A stretch of DNA of 29,879 nt from a virus (taxonomy: Duplodnaviria; Caudoviricetes): positions 1-29,879 of the IMG/VR virus record IMGVR_UViG_3300017903_001839, one strand, 5' to 3'. Shown here in pieces: positions 8,114 through 16,371 of this stretch (position 1 is its first letter; every line of letters begins with the position of its first letter). The translations under genes and the position numbers were made by a program. The notes below the pieces were generated by a model, which worked only from the letters and a program-made list of their open reading frames with translations, was not told the origin of the DNA and made no database searches.

Positions 8114-8372
8114 TGTATTATTATATGTCGCACTATTTACTTGGCTATGGGCTATAGTCAAGCTCTACTTTCCTGCAGTAATTTTGATAGGCAAAGTAGA
8201 TTCAACAAACACAGCCTACAAGCACAGATGGGTAGGATTGATATTGTGGATGATACTTACAATACCTTTTTTACCTTGGATTCTGTGGATTTTAATAAGT
8301 AATAAAAGAACTTTCGAGTTTTTAGAGTCTTATATACCAGCGTATATGGGAGTAAAGAGGAATAAAAAATGA
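8085..8372 (+). CDS. Hypothetical membrane protein (2 TM)
   Basis: Two hydrophobic segments; overlapping gene packing. Confidence 0.7.
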   Translation: MELTYETFIDVLLYVALFTWLWAIVKLYFPAVILIGKVDSTNTAYKHRWVGLILWMILTIPFLPWILWILISNKRTFEFLESYIPAYMGVKRNKK

Positions 8373-8581
8373 GTCATTATAAAGGAACACAATGGTATTC
8401 AGCACTAGAGGCAAAGTATAAAGCAGAAATAGCAGAAGCAAAAGCTGTGCTGGAAACATACTTTTTAAATTCAGTTGGGATAGGAGAACATTCAGACTTA
8501 TTAATTGAGTTTGATAAATGGATAGAAAAACTAGCTTCTGCCGAAGAAAAATTAGAAGCGTTGGAGAAAAACTATGCATGA
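8369..8581 (+). CDS. Conserved hypothetical phage protein
   Basis: Helical hairpin with Y..N.VGIGEH.D motif recalled from aquatic phage proteins; GAGG SD; ATGA-type start. Confidence 0.7.
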   Translation: MSHYKGTQWYSALEAKYKAEIAEAKAVLETYFLNSVGIGEHSDLLIEFDKWIEKLASAEEKLEALEKNYA

Positions 8582-8738
8582 CATATCAGAATGTGCTAAA
8601 AAATTAATTGTATTACTCGATGCTATTGAAAAGATAGATCGTTGGAATGAAGATACACTTCCATACACAATAGATCAAACAAAACAACTAGCAAGAGAGT
8701 TAAAAAATGAATCAGAACTTATTACTAAACTGCGATAA
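8574..8738 (+). CDS. Hypothetical 54-aa protein (not in ORF track)
   Basis: GGAG SD; MHDISECAKKLIVLLDAIEKIDRWNEDTLPYTIDQTKQLARELKNESELITKLR*; fills the gap exactly. Confidence 0.65.
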   Translation: MHDISECAKKLIVLLDAIEKIDRWNEDTLPYTIDQTKQLARELKNESELITKLR

Positions 8739-9063
8739 CCAAAAGATAGGGGTGGTAAGAAATCCCTATGAAAGAGCAGTCACAGAATATTTTTATGATC
8801 TAAATTATATTGGTTTTGATAGGTGGTTAACTAAACATTCGCCTACTCTACAAACAACTTTATATCATAAATGCGATTACATAGTAAGTTTTGAAGATTG
8901 GAAAAATGAATTATCTAATCTTGATTTACATCCGAAAGATACCTCAATTTTAGAAGGTGTTAAACCAATAGCTGATTGGAGAAGGTGGTATACAATGAAA
9001 AGTAAAACTTTAGTTACAAAGCTGTACTGGGATGATATAAAGACCTTTGGGTATAGATATTAA
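8707..9063 (+). CDS. Sulfotransferase-family-like protein, N-terminally truncated
   Basis: VVRNPYERAV.EY (3'-PB motif), F..W, D.IV.FE, W..WY......V...Y..DI..FGY; no 5'-PSB loop. Confidence 0.6.
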   Translation: MNQNLLLNCDNQKIGVVRNPYERAVTEYFYDLNYIGFDRWLTKHSPTLQTTLYHKCDYIVSFEDWKNELSNLDLHPKDTSILEGVKPIADWRRWYTMKSKTLVTKLYWDDIKTFGYRY

Positions 9064-9102
9064 AAAATAGTTCTTGACTCATGCTTATATCTCGTATATA
9101 AT
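9062..9102 (+). promoter_or_regulatory. Sigma70-type promoter P3
   Basis: AAAAAATAGTTC-TTGACT(9074-9079)-17 nt-TATAAT(9097-9102). Confidence 0.87.
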
Positions 9103-9113
9103 ATAATTATATT

Positions 9114-9587
9114 ATGAGTGATAGGTTTTACCAACAACAATTAGATACCGTAGGCTGGTGTGCGGGGTTCAAAGGAACAAAAACACTAGATGAATACGAA
9201 CAAAAGTTCGGTAAATTAAATAGGAGAAGAAAAGTGGCTTGGACTGATGAAAGCAAAGCTCAAGCAGTAGAGATGTATACTGCAGAAAATCCAACTCCAG
9301 AGAATAGTATGGAAATTGTTAAATCCATAGCTGACGAATTAGGCGAGAGTCCAAATGGGGTCAGAATGATTTTAACAAAAGCTGGTGTGTATGTAAGAAA
9401 GACACCTGCTCCTAGATCATCTGGTGGATCAACAGGTGGTGGCAGAGTAAATGTTGCTGCCGCACAGGAAGAACTTAGTAATGCAATTACCGATATGGGT
9501 AAAGAAGCTGATGCAGCAATCATTGGCAAACTAACAGGTAAAGCAGCTAAGTACTTTGCTGACCTTATTAACGAATTAAATAGTTAA
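9114..9587 (+). CDS. D3: T5 D3-like protein (alternative internal GTG start at 9234)
   Basis: WTDE...SMEIV..IA.E.G.SPNG.RM.LTKAGVY..K...AII.KLTGKAA matches T5 D3 pattern; AGGAG SD before GTG 9234. Confidence 0.85.
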   Translation: MSDRFYQQQLDTVGWCAGFKGTKTLDEYEQKFGKLNRRRKVAWTDESKAQAVEMYTAENPTPENSMEIVKSIADELGESPNGVRMILTKAGVYVRKTPAPRSSGGSTGGGRVNVAAAQEELSNAITDMGKEADAAIIGKLTGKAAKYFADLINELNS

Positions 9588-9601
9588 TTACCCCTGAGAT
9601 T

Positions 9602-9627
9602 GTGGGGAGGCAACTCCCCACTTTTTT
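9602..9627 (+). terminator. Rho-independent terminator
   Basis: GTGGGGAG-GCAA-CTCCCCAC perfect 8-bp stem, GNRA loop, followed by T6. Confidence 0.9.
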
Positions 9628-9704
9628 GCATCTTTAAAAAGAACCTTTCAGATTAAAACCATTGATGGGACGGTGATAGATAACAACAACCCACAAGGAA
9701 ACGC

Positions 9705-9977
9705 ATGAAGAAAGAAGACTTTATTAAATCCGTAACTGATGCGGGAGATGCAGTCATAACTTATCGAAGTCAAAATAGTCGTAGACTAAAGTACAATGTA
9801 TGTACTATGGACTTTGATAATAAACATATACAATCAAAAACAAACAGAGCTAAACCAAATAATAATCAAGTTTTATTGTTCTGTTGGGACACTGATTCAT
9901 ATAGATTACTGCAGCCCAGTAATGTTACTTCTATCGTGCCTTTAGCGAGGATATTAAAAAATGATAGAATTACATAA
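9705..9977 (+). CDS. Conserved T5-like hypothetical protein (SH3/WYL-like beta fold)
   Basis: AAGGA SD; T5-syntenic position between D3 and PC4-like gene; CTMDFD...I, LLFCWD.D..R. Confidence 0.65.
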   Translation: MKKEDFIKSVTDAGDAVITYRSQNSRRLKYNVCTMDFDNKHIQSKTNRAKPNNNQVLLFCWDTDSYRLLQPSNVTSIVPLARILKNDRIT

Positions 9978-10263
9978 CGCCCCACCAGTTTACGAAAAAG
10001 AAATACACTATAACGAAAACAAGCACGAAAAAATATTTGTAATGGTAAATACTTTTAGAGGAGAAGAATATTTACAAATTAGAAAATACTATCAAGACTT
10101 TGACGAAGAATGGAAACCGACTAGAGACGGTATCGCTATTCGCATGGACTTTGATAATACTCGTGCACTATTCGAATCCTTAGTAGAAATACTTTCAATA
10201 TCAGAAGTCAAAGATGTTTTAAATACACACTTTAAAGAAGTCTTAGACGAAATTTATCAATAG
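9961..10263 (+). CDS. PC4/p15-like ssDNA-binding (transcriptional coactivator-like) protein
   Basis: VNTFRGEEYLQIRKYYQD...EWKPTRDGI, the PC4 signature; upstream of ligase as in T5. Confidence 0.8.
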   Translation: MIELHNAPPVYEKEIHYNENKHEKIFVMVNTFRGEEYLQIRKYYQDFDEEWKPTRDGIAIRMDFDNTRALFESLVEILSISEVKDVLNTHFKEVLDEIYQ

Positions 10264-10265
10264 TC

Positions 10266-10306
10266 AAAAAATATTTCTTGACTTAATCTCAAACATTTAG
10301 TATAAT
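10266..10306 (+). promoter_or_regulatory. Sigma70-type promoter P4
   Basis: AAAAAATATTTC-TTGACT(10278-10283)-17 nt-TATAAT(10301-10306). Confidence 0.87.
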
Positions 10307-10312
10307 ATAATT

Positions 10313-11257
10313 ATGAAAAATCTTGAAGAATATCTCGAACTTTGTAACAAAGCATATGCAGAGGGCACTCCTTTGTTGCCCGATGATGTGTACGACAGGC
10401 TCGTAGAAAATAGTAAGTTACAAAACGAAGTAGGATATCAAAGTCAAGATGAAGTAAGATTCGCCCACGCGTTTCCTATGTTTTCTTTACAGAAAGTTTT
10501 TATGGGCGAAGACAAGGCTCCTACATGGTTTAGTAAAAGTGCAAACGTAACAACTACTAAACTTGATGGAGCCGCTATATCTATAACGTACATGGATGGG
10601 GAGCTAGTACTTGGACTAACGAGAGGTGATGGAAAGCAAGGGCTAGACATCACGGACAAAGTTAAGCAGTTAGCACCGCCCTCAATAAACATACAGGGCA
10701 TGATACAGATTACAGGTGAAGTTGTAGCTCCCAAATCCATCCCCAACGCAAGAAACTATGCGTCTGGTGCAATGAATCTCAAAGACTTAGAAGAATTTAG
10801 TAAAAGAGATTTAACTTTTATCGCGTATGGTATTCAGCCATACCCAACAGAAAACTGGACTACAGACATGAAATTATTATCAGAAAATAATTTTAAGACA
10901 GTTCTAACAAGTGACTATACAGAGTTCCCCAATGATGGTAAAGTTGTAAGGCTCATCAATAACAAAGAGTTTGAAACATTAGGGTATACTTCACACCATC
11001 CTCGAGGAGCGTTTGCCTTAAAGAAAAGGCAGGCAGGAGTTGTTACTAAATTGTTAGATGTTGAATGGAATGTCGGCAAGTCTGGTGCAGTTTCTCCAGT
11101 TGCTATACTAGAACCTTGTATTATAGGAGAAGCAACAGTCAGTAGAGCAACTTTACACAACATAGGATTTATCGAATCTTTAGAACTAGAAATTGGTTGC
11201 ATGGTAGAAGTTATACGAAGTGGAGAAATTATACCAAGAATAGTGAGGAAAATATGA
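10313..11257 (+). CDS. ligA: NAD-dependent DNA ligase, subunit A (adenylation + OB domains)
   Basis: Y..G.P...D..YD, PMFSLQK, KLDG, TRGDG..G.DIT, N.RN.ASG, DG.V, PRGA.A.K, VSRATLHN, RSGEIIP. Confidence 0.93.
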   Translation: MKNLEEYLELCNKAYAEGTPLLPDDVYDRLVENSKLQNEVGYQSQDEVRFAHAFPMFSLQKVFMGEDKAPTWFSKSANVTTTKLDGAAISITYMDGELVLGLTRGDGKQGLDITDKVKQLAPPSINIQGMIQITGEVVAPKSIPNARNYASGAMNLKDLEEFSKRDLTFIAYGIQPYPTENWTTDMKLLSENNFKTVLTSDYTEFPNDGKVVRLINNKEFETLGYTSHHPRGAFALKKRQAGVVTKLLDVEWNVGKSGAVSPVAILEPCIIGEATVSRATLHNIGFIESLELEIGCMVEVIRSGEIIPRIVRKI

Positions 11258-11412
11258 TAGAAACATTTATTGCATTTATGCTTTCTCTAATAGTTTTAGT
11301 ACCTTTGTCGTGGCTTCTTTGGGAATCTACAGTAATGGTACATGAAAAGAAAAAGTTTCGTAGTTCAGGAGAACAAGAAAGTAAAAAGAAACACATGGAC
11401 GACATACTATGA
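11254..11412 (+). CDS. Hypothetical small membrane protein
   Basis: ATGA overlap with ligase A stop; GAGG SD; N-terminal TM then basic tail. Confidence 0.6.
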   Translation: MIETFIAFMLSLIVLVPLSWLLWESTVMVHEKKKFRSSGEQESKKKHMDDIL

Positions 11413-11702
11413 AATATTCTAAAGATGAAGTGGAAAATAGTAAAAGAATATTTAAGAGTGCTACTCCGAAACAAACTATTGATTGGTATGTTAAGTGGGC
11501 GGCTAGTTTAGTTCTTCTTGTCGCCATGGTTGTTCGATCTGCTGACATATCAAATACTCTTGATACCTTTCTATCCTTTTTAGGATGTTTAGGTTGGTTA
11601 TTTGTAGCTTTTGTCTGGAAAGACAGAGCATTAATTATGTTAAATAGTGTTGCCTGTTTTATTTTATTAACAGGATTATTAACCAAGGTATTTGGTGGCT
11701 AG
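11409..11702 (+). CDS. Small multi-TM membrane protein (DUF6552-like)
   Basis: DWYVKWAAS...G..GW..V...WKDRALI.LN; three hydrophobic helices. Confidence 0.7.
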   Translation: MKYSKDEVENSKRIFKSATPKQTIDWYVKWAASLVLLVAMVVRSADISNTLDTFLSFLGCLGWLFVAFVWKDRALIMLNSVACFILLTGLLTKVFGG

Positions 11703-12166
11703 TGTATCTTTGCATATGCAACTCTGTTCGAGAAGAGGAAGTACATAGGTATCATCTTATTGGAAATAATTGTGGAGCATGTATAATGGCAGGTGGAATA
11801 TATAACGAAACTTATTTTAAAAATTATCCCGATGAAAAAGAAGTAGAGGGAGTTTTATATGGAATTGTTCTTGTTAATCAAACTACATGGGAAAGAGAAA
11901 CAATTAAAGTAGGTATAGCTAAAGGACGCAATTGGAAAGATGTAGTAAAACGAAGTCGTGGCTTTAAAGGATATGAACTAAGAATACAACGAACATGGCA
12001 TGGAAATTTGTATGATTGTTGGAGATTCGAACAGAAGTTACATAAAGAGTTTGCAGATGATAGACACAAAACAGCACATAAATTTGGAGGACATACGGAA
12101 TGCTTTAGTATACAATCTAAGATACTAAATAATTTTCCTAAGAAAAATGATACATATAAAACATAG
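11702..12166 (+). CDS. GIY-YIG-superfamily (T5orf172/MUG113-like) nuclease-like protein with N-terminal Cys-rich Bfd-like peptide
   Basis: GVLY.I...IKVGIA...R...EQKLH..F......F.GHTECF; N-terminus MYLCICN...CGAC; second possible start ATG 11786. Confidence 0.65.
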   Translation: MYLCICNSVREEEVHRYHLIGNNCGACIMAGGIYNETYFKNYPDEKEVEGVLYGIVLVNQTTWERETIKVGIAKGRNWKDVVKRSRGFKGYELRIQRTWHGNLYDCWRFEQKLHKEFADDRHKTAHKFGGHTECFSIQSKILNNFPKKNDTYKT

Positions 12167-12674
12167 TACAATACCTAATTTTTATTCTCCTTCTGAATGT
12201 CACTATATGATAAAAAGTATAACAGAGTGGTTAAATGCAACAGTAGCTACACAAGACGGTGAAGTACATAGTCAACATAGAAAAGCAGAAATAGCAGAAG
12301 CAACGCCTCTCCGAGCAGGAGAAATTTTCGAACACATACAAGATTATAACTATAGTAATTATAATCTTCATTTAAACACAAAATACAAAAGCACTATAAA
12401 TAAATATGAAGAAGGACAAGGTTTTGGCAGACACCAAGACATTGTAGTAAATGAAACTTCTTTAAAAGCAACAGAAGCACGAAAAATCAGTTGTGCTATA
12501 CAATTAAATACAGAGTATGATGGAGGGGAGCTAATTATTGGAAACACAACAGCTTCTAAAGGTTTGGGAGATTTACACATCTTTCACTCCATAACTCCTC
12601 ATGAAGTAGCCAAAGTAACCAGAGGTACAAGATATAGTCTAAATATCTTTGCTTATGGTGAGATCAAATTTTAA
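12147..12674 (+). CDS. 2OG-Fe(II) oxygenase (PKHD/P4H-type)
   Basis: Y..G..F.RHQD, RKIS..IQLN..YDGGEL, G...IF.S...HEV.KVT.GTRYSL. Confidence 0.88.
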   Translation: MIHIKHSTIPNFYSPSECHYMIKSITEWLNATVATQDGEVHSQHRKAEIAEATPLRAGEIFEHIQDYNYSNYNLHLNTKYKSTINKYEEGQGFGRHQDIVVNETSLKATEARKISCAIQLNTEYDGGELIIGNTTASKGLGDLHIFHSITPHEVAKVTRGTRYSLNIFAYGEIKF

Positions 12675-12698
12675 TCTTAAAATATTCTTGAGTATCGC

Positions 12699-12738
12699 AA
12701 AAATAATTCTTGACACAAGGTTAAAAATTATATATAAT
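12699..12738 (+). promoter_or_regulatory. Sigma70-type promoter P5
   Basis: AAAAATAATTC-TTGACA(12710-12715)-17 nt-TATAAT(12733-12738). Confidence 0.87.
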
Positions 12739-12764
12739 ATATTATATATTTAAGAGAGAAAGAT

Positions 12765-13547
12765 ATGACTGAGATAATCGCCCCAACCCAATGTCCTGCT
12801 TGTGATAGCAAGTTAGAGTTGGTGAACGAGCAATTATTTTGTCGTAACGAGTTGTGTCCCGCTCAGTGGGATAAGAAACTCGAGCATTTTGCTTCATCTC
12901 TTAAGATCAAGGGCTTAGGCCCTGCAACAATATCTAAACTACAAGTTTTAGATTACAACGAACTATACGATTTATCTGTAGAGGAAATACAGGAAAAGTT
13001 AGGAAGTGAAAAGTTAGCTAATAAACTGTTTGACGAAATAGAAAAGTCTAAATCAGTTAAGTTGGTAGATTTGATACCAGCTTTTAGCATACCACTTATA
13101 GGTCGGTCAGCTTCACAAAAGTTATGCAATACGATATCTCACATTGAAGATGTCAGCGAAGAAAGTTGTGCTGAAGCTGGACTAGGTCAAAAGGCAACTG
13201 CCAACTTAGTTAGATGGCTGGAAACTGAATACTATCCTAATTTTTACAATGATAATTTGCCCTTCGATTGGAATAACAAAGTAAGTAAAAAGAAAGAGGT
13301 CAAAGGAGTTGTCTGTATTACAGGTAAATTAAAAAGTTTTAGTTCTAAAGCACATGCTACAAAAGTGCTGGAACAATACGGACTTGTAGTTAAATCATCG
13401 TTGACAAAAGACTGTACTCATCTTATAAATGAGTCTGGAATTGAGTCAGCAAAAACACAGACAGCTCGAGACCGAGGTGTCCTAATAATAACCAATATAA
13501 ATAAATTTTTAGGAGAATTTAATCATGGCATTACCAAAATGGACTGA
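12765..13547 (+). CDS. ligB: NAD-dependent DNA ligase, subunit B (Zn finger, HhH, BRCT)
   Basis: P..CPAC.S.L......FC.N..CPAQ, IKGLG, HhH repeats, VCITGKL...S.K...A...GV BRCT. Confidence 0.92.
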   Translation: MTEIIAPTQCPACDSKLELVNEQLFCRNELCPAQWDKKLEHFASSLKIKGLGPATISKLQVLDYNELYDLSVEEIQEKLGSEKLANKLFDEIEKSKSVKLVDLIPAFSIPLIGRSASQKLCNTISHIEDVSEESCAEAGLGQKATANLVRWLETEYYPNFYNDNLPFDWNNKVSKKKEVKGVVCITGKLKSFSSKAHATKVLEQYGLVVKSSLTKDCTHLINESGIESAKTQTARDRGVLIITNINKFLGEFNHGITKMD

Positions 13548-14238
13548 CGAGAGAACACAATCTCTTGTTGATTTTGTAGGCGAGGGCCCAGTTTCCCAAG
13601 ATACAGTTGCTGACGCAGCTGAGGAATTAGAAACTTCTGTTAGATCAGTAAGTTCTAAGTTGAGAAAAATGGGTTACGAAGTTGAATTAGCTTCAGCTTC
13701 TGCTTCTAAGTCTTTTTCAGACGATCAAGAAGCAACACTTAGAAACTTCGTGCAAGACAATAGCGGAGTTTACACATATGCAGAAATTGCTTCAAATTTT
13801 GAAGGCGGAGCTTTTTCAGCAAAATCAATCCAAGGAAAAATCCTTTCTATGCAACTAACAGAGCATGTTAAACCTGCTCCAAAGGTTGAATCAGTAAAGA
13901 CATATTCCGAGGATGAAGAAAGCCAATTCGTTAACTTAGTTAATGATGGAGCTTTTATTGAGGACATCGCAGAAGCCCTAGGCAGAAGCGTAAACTCAAT
14001 CAGAGGTAAAGCATTATCACTTCTTAGAGCAGGTGAAATTAATGCTATACCTAAGCAGAGAGAAACTAAAGGTAGTAGCAAATCTGATCCTTTAGCTGGT
14101 GTAGATATTTCAAATTTAACTGTTGAAGAAATTGCTGATAACGTTGGCAAAACAGTTAGAGGTGTTAAAACTATGCTAACTAGAAGAGGCTTACAGTGCG
14201 CTGACTACAACGGTGCTGCTAAAAAAGAAATCGGTTAA
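13525..14238 (+). CDS. D5: T5 D5-like DNA-binding transcription regulator (tandem HTH repeats)
   Basis: AGGAG SD; RSVSSKLRKMG, I.GK.LS, IA..LG.SVNSIRGKALSL, KTVRGVKTMLTRRGL.C.DY; follows ligase B as in T5. Confidence 0.87.
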   Translation: MALPKWTDERTQSLVDFVGEGPVSQDTVADAAEELETSVRSVSSKLRKMGYEVELASASASKSFSDDQEATLRNFVQDNSGVYTYAEIASNFEGGAFSAKSIQGKILSMQLTEHVKPAPKVESVKTYSEDEESQFVNLVNDGAFIEDIAEALGRSVNSIRGKALSLLRAGEINAIPKQRETKGSSKSDPLAGVDISNLTVEEIADNVGKTVRGVKTMLTRRGLQCADYNGAAKKEIG

Positions 14239-14253
14239 GTTGATTTAGTTGTT

Positions 14254-14288
14254 GGCGAGTAGGCTCTTGTAGTCCACTCGCCTTTTTT
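14254..14288 (+). terminator. Rho-independent terminator after D5
   Basis: GGCGAGT(14254-14260)...ACTCGCC(14276-14282) + T6. Confidence 0.8.
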
Positions 14289-14307
14289 ATTATCTTGGGA
14301 GGGATAT

Positions 14308-15666
14308 TTGACATTAGAAAGCGCATTACTAAAGCAGGTAATTGAAACCAGTGACTTTGCTACTTGGAACAGTCTTAAAGAACACTATCTACCAGAAGGT
14401 GAGTACCAAAAAATATGGAAGATAGTTGATAAGCACGTTCACAAATACCATGCTTTACCTACATTTGAAGATTTGAAACATGAGGTTCGTTCACGCGAAC
14501 TTCAGGAAAAGATTTATGCAATTGAAACTGTCGAAACAGACATACCTTCCCATATTTTACTAGATTATTTAAAGAACCAGTTTACACAAACTGAGATACT
14601 TTCTCGTATCGAAGGTTTCGTGGAAAATCAAATAGCAATCGGTGATGCTCGTGAAAACATAGACTTACTACAAGAGATCGTAGTACAAGTCGAAGATCGA
14701 GTAGAAACGACAGATGACAACGAAAGTATGGAATCTATAGAGTTATTTGATAATGAGGAAGATTTAGCAAAGTTTCTTCCTCTTGGTCTAAATCAAGAGT
14801 ACGATTTAGACTATACTTTCTCTCCCAAAGATTTGGTCGTTGTTGGCGGTCAACGTGGTGGAGGTAAGTCTTTTACTTGTTGTAATATAGCACAGGCAGC
14901 TCACCTAAAAGGAAAGTCAGTTCTGTACTTTACAATTGAAATGGATAGCAGACAAATTCTACAAAGAGTTGCTGCTGTCGCTACGGGTGTGCCTACCAAT
15001 CGCATAAAAACTAGAAACCTATCTCCTATGGAGTGGGACAAAGTTGCCGAATGGTGGTCTGATAGATTCGAAGGAGGTGAAGAAGCCTTAACTAATTTCA
15101 AAGGTCATCGTGACTTTGATAAGTTCCATTATGAACTTACAAGAAATAAGTTGGCAGATAAACCACAAGTCGATGTCTATTATGATCCTTCTCTTACTCT
15201 TGCCAAAATTATTAGCGTAGTAAGACAGAAGACAGCACAGTTACCCGATTTAGGATTAGTCGTAGTAGACTACCTAAACCAAGTTAGACGCCACAACGCC
15301 CCAAATCGCTCAGGTCAATACGAATGGACGGAGCAGATAGAAATATCTAAGGGACTGAAAGCATTAGCGCAGGAAAATAATGTATTAGTTTTATCTGCCT
15401 TTCAAACAAATGAAAAAGGAGAAGCAAGATTCTCCAAAGGTATTCTCGATGCTGTTGATGCAGCTTATTCCGTTCAGCATTGGGGAGATCAAGAACCTTG
15501 TATTAAGTTTAAATGTGATAAAATGAGAAATGGAAAAGCTGAGAGTTTTGTCTCCGAAATGAACTGGGAGACTTTGAAGATCGGGCCTCATAGTGCGCTT
15601 GATCCAGATGAAAAACAAGAATTAAAAGAAACAATGACAACAGGCGAAGATGCCTATGATTTATAA
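14308..15666 (+). CDS. Replicative DnaB-like (SF4) helicase, T5 D6-like
   Basis: Walker A GQRGGGKS, YFTIEM, Walker B VVVDYLN, K.RNG; TTG start with GGAGG SD. Confidence 0.92.
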   Translation: MTLESALLKQVIETSDFATWNSLKEHYLPEGEYQKIWKIVDKHVHKYHALPTFEDLKHEVRSRELQEKIYAIETVETDIPSHILLDYLKNQFTQTEILSRIEGFVENQIAIGDARENIDLLQEIVVQVEDRVETTDDNESMESIELFDNEEDLAKFLPLGLNQEYDLDYTFSPKDLVVVGGQRGGGKSFTCCNIAQAAHLKGKSVLYFTIEMDSRQILQRVAAVATGVPTNRIKTRNLSPMEWDKVAEWWSDRFEGGEEALTNFKGHRDFDKFHYELTRNKLADKPQVDVYYDPSLTLAKIISVVRQKTAQLPDLGLVVVDYLNQVRRHNAPNRSGQYEWTEQIEISKGLKALAQENNVLVLSAFQTNEKGEARFSKGILDAVDAAYSVQHWGDQEPCIKFKCDKMRNGKAESFVSEMNWETLKIGPHSALDPDEKQELKETMTTGEDAYDL

Positions 15667-15675
15667 GGAGAAGAA

Positions 15676-15864
15676 ATGGTATTATATACTGAAAAACAAC
15701 TAGACGAAGCATACGTCATGTTTGTAAGAGGGTGTCATAAAATAAGATACGCTCAAGCTATAGACATACAAATCCCAGACAGAGAAGAGTTTAGAAGAGA
15801 AATTTTTGAGCCTGGTTGGGAAGAGATACTAACGGATGAGTTCTGGGACGAAGAAGATGGATAA
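15676..15864 (+). CDS. Hypothetical protein
   Basis: AAGGAG SD, 62 aa. Confidence 0.7.
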   Translation: MVLYTEKQLDEAYVMFVRGCHKIRYAQAIDIQIPDREEFRREIFEPGWEEILTDEFWDEEDG

Positions 15865-16369
15865 AAAATTTTTAGAAAAAGAGTATATCAGAATACACAG
15901 AGATCACCCTGTAATGTGGGGAAGTTCTACTGTTAAACAAAAAGACAATATAAAAAAGTATATAAATGAAATAGGAGCAGTAACTATTTTAGATTATGGA
16001 GCTGGAAAAGGATTACAATATGAAGAGCCTTATAAACTCCAAGATTATTGGGGTGTTCCTACTCCGTATCTTTATGATCCATATGTAGCAGGATTAGAAG
16101 AAAAACCCGATGTTTGGGATCAATATTTTGACTTAGTATTATGCATTGATGTAATGGAACATATATTAAAAGAAGATGAAGATAAAGTACTAGCAGAGTT
16201 ATTTACTTACGGTAAACATGTAATATTTAATATTGATACAAAGCCTGCTATTAAAACATTTAAAGATGGCAGTAATCTTCATGTGAATCTTAAATCTGAA
16301 GAAGAATGGTTAGCAAAAGTAATGGAACACGCAGGAAGTGACAACAGATTTGAGTTACTAATAACATAA
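15857..16369 (+). CDS. Class I SAM-dependent methyltransferase
   Basis: ILDYGAGKG, YDP, FDLVLCIDVMEHI. Confidence 0.85.
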   Translation: MDKKFLEKEYIRIHRDHPVMWGSSTVKQKDNIKKYINEIGAVTILDYGAGKGLQYEEPYKLQDYWGVPTPYLYDPYVAGLEEKPDVWDQYFDLVLCIDVMEHILKEDEDKVLAELFTYGKHVIFNIDTKPAIKTFKDGSNLHVNLKSEEEWLAKVMEHAGSDNRFELLIT

Positions 16370-16371
16370 TA

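Noticed and set aside
9628-9704. tRNA or known ncRNA in the longest intergenic gaps
   Set aside because: No cloverleaf, T-loop (GTTCGA) or CCA pattern recognisable here or in the other gaps
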